This document shows positions 49,856 to 64,000 of a stretch of 64,000 nucleotides of DNA, in pieces. A program made the position numbers and the translations under genes. The notes beneath the pieces were generated by a model, which saw nothing but the letters and a program-made list of their open reading frames with translations, made no database searches and was not told where the DNA came from. How positions within the stretch are numbered: the stretch's first letter is position 1; every line of letters begins with the position of its first letter. The stretch is taken from assembly GCF_964204645.1 (NCBI RefSeq), contig NC_134027.1, positions 8,464,485 to 8,528,484 on the forward strand, in the 5' to 3' direction. Source of the stretch: Tubulanus polymorphus (taxonomy: Eukaryota > Animalia > Nemertea).

Positions 49856-50111
49856 CAGGCGCGGATCCAGGATTTTTTTCAAGGAGGGGGTTCATAAAAA
49901 ATGTCAATGTTAATTGCCGACGAAAATCTCTAATGATAGGGGCCTTACGGCATATTTTTTGGCCAAACATAAGATGGTATGGTACCGGTTATGTGGAACT
50001 GTCCACCCGTTTTCTTCTTCAAGAAAACGATTAAGAATTTTCTGTGGTAGCTGAGCGGAGAGGGGGTCATGACCCCTGAAACAGCCCCCCCCCCCTCTGG
50101 ATCCGCGTCTT
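49856..50111. mobile_element. MITE with a CAGGCGCGGATCCAG TIR and a 5-bp TSD (CATAA)
   Basis: The sequence reads cataa|caggcgcggatccag ... ctggatccgcgtctt|cataa. Confidence 0.75.
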
Positions 50112-51189
50112 CATAAATTGGCTTGGAAGTTGGTGAGAACGAAGGGCGAAACTGGTTATTATATTTCGCAATCTTTAAAATAAAGCATCTGCAACGATGA
50201 TCATTTGATGGTTGATGTGATGTAAAAATGGAGGTTTAGGTGTTTTTGAATTGGGGAGTTGGCCAAGGCAATGGCATGGAAGGGATCGTTAGTTTGTGAG
50301 AAATGATTTTGTTGGATTTTTGCGCGAGACGGCTGTAAGACAACTGCGTTAACTACAATCTATGGCTCGGTACGTCTTCTTGCGTTCCACGGTTAATACA
50401 ATTCCAATAAAAAAAATTTCACGCTTTCTCTTCATTAAACAACAACCATTTCCAAAAGTGTTTGAATGTACATTTCTTCGTTCTTTCAGTAATTGAATCC
50501 ACGTACCGGTAACAGATTTTAGACGTCTGTATTTTCCAATGATTTAAATCTCATTACCCAGTACACTCCTCCTTGGACACCACTTTACTCGGTAGGCCCA
50601 TAGATACTTTCTTTTGAATAATGTTAGTCATGATGAATTTATCATCCACTGATTGAGGAGGTAGCGGAGTATTATTGCAAAATTAAACAATTCCCATTTC
50701 TAAACCACTCCGGCGCGTAACGACTGTTTTACATATTCAGGTACCGGTATAAAATATTCAAATAGCAAATTAAACATCTTGAAATGAAAAAAAGAAAACT
50801 CCGTTCCTTTTTTAGCATATAGATCTATGTTAGTTATTGATTAGGGCTCATCCGATCCTTTTGATGTCAGCGCGCTGCAACCTGGGCGCCGATCGGTGTA
50901 AGTACACAACCGTTAGCTGCTGCCCTCTACATATCGAAATTGACTCCACCATCGGCAATGTCCACATCATTAAGTACGGTTACATCGCAGGATGTCACAT
51001 TCGGTGTCACTGACATAACATAAAACGGCATCACATATATCGGTAATAAATGGATAACGTTAGCATTAATGTTAGATATTGTGTTCATGACTAGTTTCAG
51101 TAATATATTTGTTTTATTCTGCACAGACTGATAATCCGTATGGGTCCAAATAGGAAGAGGGCCGGGATCTCATATAGCATCTTTCAATG

Positions 51190-51285
51190 TATCAGAAATG
51201 GCGGCGTTTTCAATAGGAGAAATTAGCTTCTGTAGCTAGAGGGTTAGGGTTAGGCCTACGATCACTTCTCGCATGCGCAGAGGCA
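51190..51285 (+). promoter_or_regulatory. Housekeeping-type promoter motifs upstream of SLC35C2
   Basis: A YY1-like AAATGGCGGC lies at ~51196 and an NRF1-like CGCATGCGCA at ~51270. These are motif matches only. Confidence 0.35.
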
Positions 51286-51853
51286 GTTGATTGTGAGCCA
51301 TCCAATAATGACCAAACCACCCAGTAGGCCTATCCCTGTGTGGACTGAGTGAGGTTGGTCATCGATTGGTTTTCAGTATTAATGACAAGTCCTGTATACC
51401 AGACGTTATGACCCCTACCGTTGTTTGGGGAATATCGGCTAGGTATTAGATTAGTATCCATGGTATTCTCATCTATTATTCATCAATAAATTATTACAGT
51501 TGAGTTTACTTTATCGACTGAAGAAGTCGCGGACATCCTCCTTCCCGACTCCCAAACAGTTTTTAGTATAGATTGGAACGCTAGCGGTCAGAAAATGACC
51601 CATGAAATACACTATTTTGGCAGTCTAAAATCTACCCCGACCCATTATCCAAATTGTCGTTAAACTGAAAAAAATAAGAGTTTGCATGGGGTTTGAGGGT
51701 GAAGCTTTTATTTTGGACCTCCGACCTTATGTGAAGAATCTTCCTGACCTGAGCATCAGGCTTCTTTGTGACGATCGAGTTAAAAAAGACAGTAATATCT
51801 AAAGATAATAGCGCTGAAGGACAATGCTTTTCTTTTAGTTAGACTGATTGACG

Positions 51854-54800
51854 ATGTCATGGATTGCTGCCAACACAGATGACAAATTACGATCGTCCGA
51901 AATGAGGGGTCTATGTTCGTGTGGTTGGCTGCTAACAGCTATAAAAACGCTTTGTTTAGTGTTGTTTTTCTACACATTCTCGATCGGTCTGACATTTTAC
52001 AATAAGAAATACATTATGGTAAGTTGAAAATAGCCTTCAGATGAGGTTAATTTTGAATTAAAAATTGATGACAGAGGTGTCTACCTTACTAAGCTTATAT
52101 CCATTTTTAGTGATTTTCATTACAGGACGGTGAATAATTTGACAACAAAAATAGAAATTTGATTAGAAATCTAAATCCACAAGAAATTCTGTGTAATCTC
52201 AATATTTCATATTCAACTGAGGTCTTAAAACAGTAGAAATTATCCAATGCTCTGAAATAGTATTCAGATGGAATTACATATTAGCCTTTTGTGCTGTTGT
52301 ACTTAAGACTCATGCATGTGCATAAATTATGTAGAATTCTAATCACCCAGCTTATTCTGTCAATTGGTTTGTTATATATGACACATATGTTGGAATTCAT
52401 TACACATCACATTGATCTGAAGTTTTGCTAATTCTTCATTGAATTCTGCAAATGTCATTTGAAATGATGATTTGTTTGATGCTGACATTTTATATTGATA
52501 TAGACCTGACGTTAGGTAACTCTACTTTTAAAAGCTTTTATACTCTTGAAAATGTATGTACAATATACTATTAGAATATTAAAACATCTGCCAATATTAG
52601 CGAGTCCTCTGATCACGTCCAACAGCTGTTCATTAGTAGAACCTGTCCACACAATGTATACTGATAACCACTGTATACCCTAGAAATTGTAACTGTAAGG
52701 GAAAATATTGCTTAGCGTGACTTTTATGAAAATGTCAAACGTCTTTTCTCGCCCTCATTGTCTCTGGTGAAATTATAGCAGTATCTGAAGAAAATGCTTT
52801 CATTAGTTTACGCAATAATCAACCTAATTGAAATCTTCTGACCGTTTTTCAGGCGTTCCAGTTCCCGCTGTCCATCACAATGCTTCATTTATGCGTAAAG
52901 TTTCTCATAGCGTTGGCTATACGTTCCATTTTATATTGCAAAACTGGACGCGATAGGGTCGAATTGGGTTGGCGAGTCTACGCGTCGAAAATAGCGCCCA
53001 CCGGTACGTATCGCTCCAGTCTATTCTGGGTGTTGCTGTCGTTTTCGGGCCTGGTAAAAATATCATGTCCTTTGAAAAATATGATTGCAGGAATTTCAAG
53101 CTCAATAGATATCGGTCTTTCAAACTGGAGTTTCGAATACATAACTGTTTCTTTGTAAGTGGAACAAACCCGTCTTCACGGCATCAATTAAATGGAACAT
53201 TTTCTGAACATTTAACATTTTTTTGTGATTTATTTTCAGATATACAATGACGAAATCCACTTGCATATTGTTTATAATGGGATTTTCGATATTGTTCGGT
53301 TTAGAGAAAAAGGTAATTTTGATATCGCCAGACTGGAATCACAATGCATATGATACATGTTGCTACCCGTACTTGCATACTCACCATGTACGCCTTACAC
53401 GTACTCCTATGTTGTTTTTGCACAGAGATGGTCATTGGTACTGGTAGTATTATGTATAGCTTTAGGTCTGTTTATGTTCACATATCAGTCAACACAATTC
53501 AACCTTGTTGGATTTTTATTGGTGCTCACTGCTTCGTTCATCAGCGGAATACGATGGACGTTGGCTCAACTTGTTGTACAGAAAAGTGAAATAGGTGAGG
53601 AATTTGTTTATGAGCTGTGGAGCTGCGTTGAATTTCTACTCATATCACTAGTATTAGGCATTGTACATGCTGTTGTTATTCTTTGCAGGTCTCAGCCATC
53701 CACTCGATATGATATATCATGTACAACCATGGATGATTGTTGGTCTTCTACCATTAGCTATTTATTTTGAAAGTGAGTGATAAGAAATGTTGTTAAGGAC
53801 TTGAAAAGCCATACTCCCCATTGCAGGGCTTTAAACCTGATGGCATCGCAAGATTCAGTCACTGCACGAAACTGCGCACTCTGGCTAGTGTGGCAGGGTT
53901 TCGTCCCTTGGCGAGTCTCGGTGCTATCGGGTTTCGGATCCCTACTGGGGAGGATGCAAAAAGCCTTTACAACTATAGTTCTGTCATAATGAGCCATTTC
54001 CTCCACCATTCTCGAGTTTTCTCTCAAGACTCAAACCTGAAGGCTTGGCTCTGAAAGTTTATAGGCTCTTTCTTTAGGCCCATACTAAACACATGAATTT
54101 CAAAATTGTAGGCAAGTTTGTCGTAACGACAGATGAACTTTTCAACACAGAGGACATGCAGTTAGTTTTCATAAACACTGTTACACTGCTGTTAGGCGCT
54201 ATCTTGGCGTTTATGTTAGAATTCAGTGAGTTCTTGCTGGTTAGTCACACATCCGGACTAACTCTGTCCATCGCTGGGATATTCAAGGTGAGAACTACTG
54301 ATCTGAAAATACAATTTTATTCAAATAGGAAAATTTATGTTGTTTCATTGTCTGGATAAGAATGTCTGATGGGAATTATGAAATTATCTGGAAAATTCAT
54401 TTGATTCAACTCATTTCCAGGAAATTTGCACATTGTTCCTGGCAGCAACAGTCAATGGCGATAAAATGAACCCAGTGAATTTCATCGGACTTTTTGTTTG
54501 TTTATTTGGCATTTCATTACATGTTTTATTCAAACTTCTCCACGGTAAGTCATCGATATTTCACGTGATCTAATTTAATACTGGATATTTCAATTCCTCA
54601 ACCTCTACTCCTATGAATCTGCTATCGATTCGCTTCATCTGGTACAAGTTTTTGTTAAAATACCAAGCGAAGATTATATGAATACATTTATATTGGAATA
54701 TACTGTACCTTTTGTCCCTTGGGTGTCGCCGTTATCATCTGCATGCATTATTGCTATCACTTTTAGGTCCCAAATCTATGCATCGTCATCGGTGATAGAA

Positions 54801-56025
54801 GGTTAGCCGATATTGCTCATTAAGTTAGTATAAGTATAGCGTAGAGCTTCCTAAAGACAAAGTATTTTATTCTATTATGACAGTGGAATCTCGTCACAAT
54901 TTTGACCCATCCTGTCTGAACTTTCAATTATTAGATATTTTCCGCTACCCTATGGTAACTATTGTAACGAGGTTCCTCAGTATCTAGGGATGTATCCAAA
55001 AATTAAACCAAAATGAATCCAGATATATATGCTGTTAGAAACTTTTGATGTAGCATTGTGACTGATATATCATTGCAGACATCCATTTCAATGTTTGCAT
55101 TCATTGATTATGATTTGAACAGCGCTGCTTGTTCCAAATTTGATAACGCATGCAGCTTCTACTGGATACGTTACCTATCACCTAGCACTTTTTATTATCA
55201 ATTTCATTAGCTTTACAATAATAAGCATTATGTTGCTGAAATATTTCGTAGTACTATGGGTACCTACCCGGTAATTGTGTGTGGTCAAATAAATGCACCA
55301 AATTATTGCATATTTTTATCACTTCCGATTACCTTATGATTATGATTATGATTATTAATTTACCATATTTACCCTGCCGTCCTCTTCGCTACATAGCACC
55401 TCCAACACGCAAGATTTTTAGACCCTTAGAAATTTTGTTATATCAGTACTAATGTACATTTAAGTCCAAGAGGCAATAGTATGAGATGTATATACCGTGA
55501 AGGGACCATTTATTTATTAATATGTGCATTAATTCTGTTGCATTGCTGTATAAGTAGTTTATGGTCTCAGAAATTTTTCATACAATAGACCTATCAGCGT
55601 ACGTACAACATCATTTGACAGACTTCACTTACACATCAGATATAACCCCCTCCCCCAACGTGCAAACATAATAAATGAATGGTCCCTAATGCTTACAGCA
55701 TGATTATCATACTACCCGAATGGTCATTGTTTAGAGTATAGTCTCGGCAGCGAAAGTCATTGAGGGAAGATAGATTGCTTAGCCATACCTCCTTACCTAC
55801 TGCATGTTTCTTATTACTGATTTGTCTACAGGCAATGCTACACCCATTCAACAGGCCGATGGCAACACAAATCCACCAGATGAGGAAAGCGAAGATAGTA
55901 TATGGTCGGCACATTACACCGAAGAGAATTCGACTGGCCACAACAGCAAAGTGCCATTCGAACTGGAAACTTTATCTTCGATGCAAAAGACGAACAGGTG
56001 TCACGAAGGGTTCAAACAGAGTTGA
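51854..56025 (+). CDS. SLC35C2: Solute carrier family 35 member C2 (nucleotide-sugar transporter family)
   Basis: The spliced product contains [17 protein letters not shown]|[28 protein letters not shown]|[37 protein letters not shown] and [23 protein letters not shown]|EICTL. The last exon is inferred as 55832-56025. Confidence 0.93.
53789..54050 (+). ncRNA. Candidate structured intronic RNA: a ~185-nt rod-like hairpin plus a ~60-nt hairpin; family unassigned
   Basis: Nested complementary segments pair with at least six G-U pairs on the sense strand (see findings). The segment is GC-rich compared with neighbouring introns. Confidence 0.5.
55501..55687. mobile_element. MITE (PIF/Harbinger-like) in the last SLC35C2 intron
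   Basis: TIR agggaccatttatttatta / taataaatgaatggtccct. Confidence 0.7.
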
Positions 56026-56413
56026 CACTGATGGCTGATTGTTAGAAAAGTTAACTGCCCAAGAATGGATTTACACTTGCAGAAGTTTTGGTACGAACTG
56101 TGATTAAAAAATGTTATTGTTATTGATAGAAAATTTTATGAAATTACCCGCAACCTGAGCTTTCAAAATTTCTGTGCTCTCAACTTTCCATACATAGTCT
56201 GTCATTCTTTGTTAGTTATTTTAGCATTCATTTTATCTATAAAACCGGGACCATAACATACAAACCTACATGTATTTACCTCGCTGTGTTAAGTAGAACT
56301 TAGCATTATTACTGGCGGCCAACTGACAAAATCAATTTGTCCTGCTTACAAATAGCAGCCAGTTATACTAACTACGGTACTGAAGACAAAATAGAAATAG
56401 ACAAAATATACTA

Positions 56414-56525
56414 CAATGGAACTTCGTTACAGCAAACTTCATGGTAGTCTTACTTGGGACAAAGTTCTATATTTTTTTATCCGATGAATGGCTTTACCCG
56501 AGTTCCTTATAATGAGGTTCCATTG
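56414..56525. mobile_element. Tc1/mariner-type MITE with a TA TSD in the probable SLC35C2 3' UTR
   Basis: The sequence reads ta|caatggaacttcgttac ... ataatgaggttccattg|ta, followed by a tandem duplication of the right junction (ggttcca(t/c)tgtaccggtgtagac, twice). Confidence 0.7.
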
Positions 56526-57673
56526 TACCGGTGTAGACCGGTTCCACTGTACCGGTGTAGACTTTTCCTACCGTCAAGATATTGCAGTGAAATTGAAGTT
56601 GTTTCTGTATTTAATCGGCGTATGTACCTCTTATGTACCGTTTATAGTGCATTTCTTAAGGCTTAACTAGATCAAGATTTATTTCATTTCATACATGTAA
56701 TTCCAAATACTTAGCGCTTAAATGGATGCATCCTCAAAAATCATGTTGTTCCTTCACTAGTGAAGTGCAATACAACCAATAAATTGGTTTGTAACAAACC
56801 AATTCATTGTTAAAACTGGTTATGTCTTAGTTGTGTCCTATTTTGAACTTGTTTTATGTGAAGATTATTACATTTTATTCCCATCCGTAAGGAATATGTG
56901 AAAAAAGTACCGGGGTAATATTTTTTGAAATATATCTTTTTCTTAGAAATGAATACGATTCTTTAAGTTTTCATTGTTTATGGAACACGGGATGAAATGG
57001 CCGGGCTCGGCTCTTAACATATGCCGTTGTCGATGCATACCCAGTATATACTATGGGAAATGAATTTATGCACAGGCAAGTATTGCATTGTATACATGAC
57101 GCAGGGATGTCTCACAGAGTCTCTGAACTTAAAATGGTCAACAGAATCCTATCGGAACGAGGCCAGTGTCCTTCAATTCATACAAAAACCCTGCTAATTC
57201 AAAGCACGTAGACCGCGCCAACCAGTTACTAAGTTGAGCCATTTGCCACATAATATTCCCTGGTAGATCACGGAACCAACAATAATAACCACCATACAAG
57301 AATGAATATCAAAAACATATTTATTAACTCTTACAATATAAGGGTTTTTGTTTAAGGTTAGACTATGCAAAATTGAATTAACAGTTTCTCATTAATTTCG
57401 AGGAACTTTAATAGCCAAGAAACAGGTTTCTTTTGCATTGCCATTAGTCAATTTAGTTCAACAATACATAAACCAAATAGGTAATTCCCAGATACGATGC
57501 AACAACCTCGATAACTTTTTATCCTAATTTTGGCTTGGTTTCTCAGGGCAGATTTACAACAAATGCTGCGACTTATTTCATCTAACAGAAATTTTTAAAC
57601 TTCTACACCAGTGATAAAATATAAAATTTTCTGGTTAAATCACAAAAACAATACAACTAAAATATATACAGCA

Positions 57674-62856
<5,183 letters not shown>

Positions 62857-64000
62857 ATTTATCACGACCTGCTTCTATTGATACAAGGACAGAATATGTG
62901 TGAAATGAATCAAAATGACTTTTAATCGTAGAATTTCAACGAGTTTTGCAGCATTATTTTGACATTTCAACATAACCGGAAATGGATTCGTAGCGTTGCT
63001 AATTACTGAAAAATAACGGTAGTATTACGTATTTTGATATTAAGCCGGCGTCCAAAAATACGTGCAAATGCAACTGCATGCGCTTCACGTAAAGAAAAGG
63101 TTTACCCGAGTCAGAAAATTTTATGTCATAACGGACAAATCTTTGTTTTATTAAGATCGCCTAACCACCAACGAAGTGTCCTCACTCACTTGCCAGTGGC
63201 AGGGACAACTACTACTGCACTCCACTTATATCGTAGCTAATGTTTATATTGTTTGCGTGAGAAGATTTTACGCCTCCCTGATTCCTTGATAACTCCTTGA
63301 TAACTTCTAAAAAAATTGCTTTGAAAGGCGCTTAAAACTCAATTTGAGCAAAATGCCTTAGTTGCTTCCCAATTTTGAGAAATAGGGAAACATGTTTGTA
63401 TTTGTATGCCTAAATCCATACATTTGGGACAAGGATTTTTACCGAATAGCAGTACCAAGGAGTCTATAGTAATTGGGGTATGAAATTTGTAGACACTTCC
63501 TCGAAATGTTCTCCTTGATCGGTTTTTAAGTTGTAATGATTTATCATTGTTTTTTGAAACTTCAGGCCCGGGGCATCTCATGAGCTGAATTTGGTCAACT
63601 CTGACTACAGCTGACGGTGGCACATACCAGTACTTCAACTCAAACCATACAAACCGAATAAAGAAACAGACAGTAAATGCACATATTTTTTTTCTATATA
63701 TCTGTATTGTATTATCAATAATCAAACAAAAAAAGTTTTTATGTATCATATATAGTAAACAATTCTACTTAAATAAATCAACATCACAAAAAAATTGATA
63801 ACTTTTCCTATAAATTTTTTCCAACTATATTTACAGCTATAGCGATATAAAACAAAATCCTTAAAATTGAACCAGACAATTTTGGACGGAATTGATGGCA
63901 ATTGAATCAAACGATCACATCAAAATTGTTTAAGTGAAATAGTTATTGTATTCAGCAGTGTGCAATCACAAAAGTATATCTTGTATAACCATTGATTTTG

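Noticed and set aside
51241-51254. Telomere-like GGGTTAGGGTTAGG
   Set aside because: Only about two units, too short to call an interstitial telomere or a telomerase template.
53778-53786. 9-nt complement to U2 snRNA (tgataagaa) and 8-nt complement to 28S rRNA (gcttggct, ~54042) near the intronic hairpin
   Set aside because: Both are too short for confident C/D guides, and the first overlaps the 5' splice site region, leaving no room for a C box.

Overview
This is eukaryotic (metazoan) genomic DNA: AT-rich, gene-dense, with many short GT-AG introns, so most entries in the supplied ORF track are exon fragments or spurious ORFs. An invertebrate, probably a marine lophotrochozoan, is my inference from gene content and repeat types. 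Splicing exons by eye gives nine protein-coding genes: RASSF1/5-like (-, 5' part only), an intronless USP5/USP13 (+), ZGRF1 (-), PAQR3 (+), a bacterial-type Leu/Val/Phe dehydrogenase with a predicted mitochondrial presequence (-), FANCD2 (+), an unrecognised ~80-aa acidic protein ending in CCSII (+), SLC35C2 (+) and N4BP1/KHNYN-like (-). The first six form three head-to-head pairs. Non-autonomous DNA transposons are common: two copies of a Helentron-associated (pearl-like) element, several MITE families and a ~550-bp foldback. The best leads are the CaaX orphan gene with a 17-nt microexon, a G-U-rich rod-like RNA structure in an SLC35C2 intron, the mitochondrial leucine-dehydrogenase-like enzyme and the foldback in a bidirectional promoter. 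I found no CRISPR array, rRNA or tRNA gene, and no clearly new multi-gene system. All exon boundaries are by-eye predictions and no database search was run.
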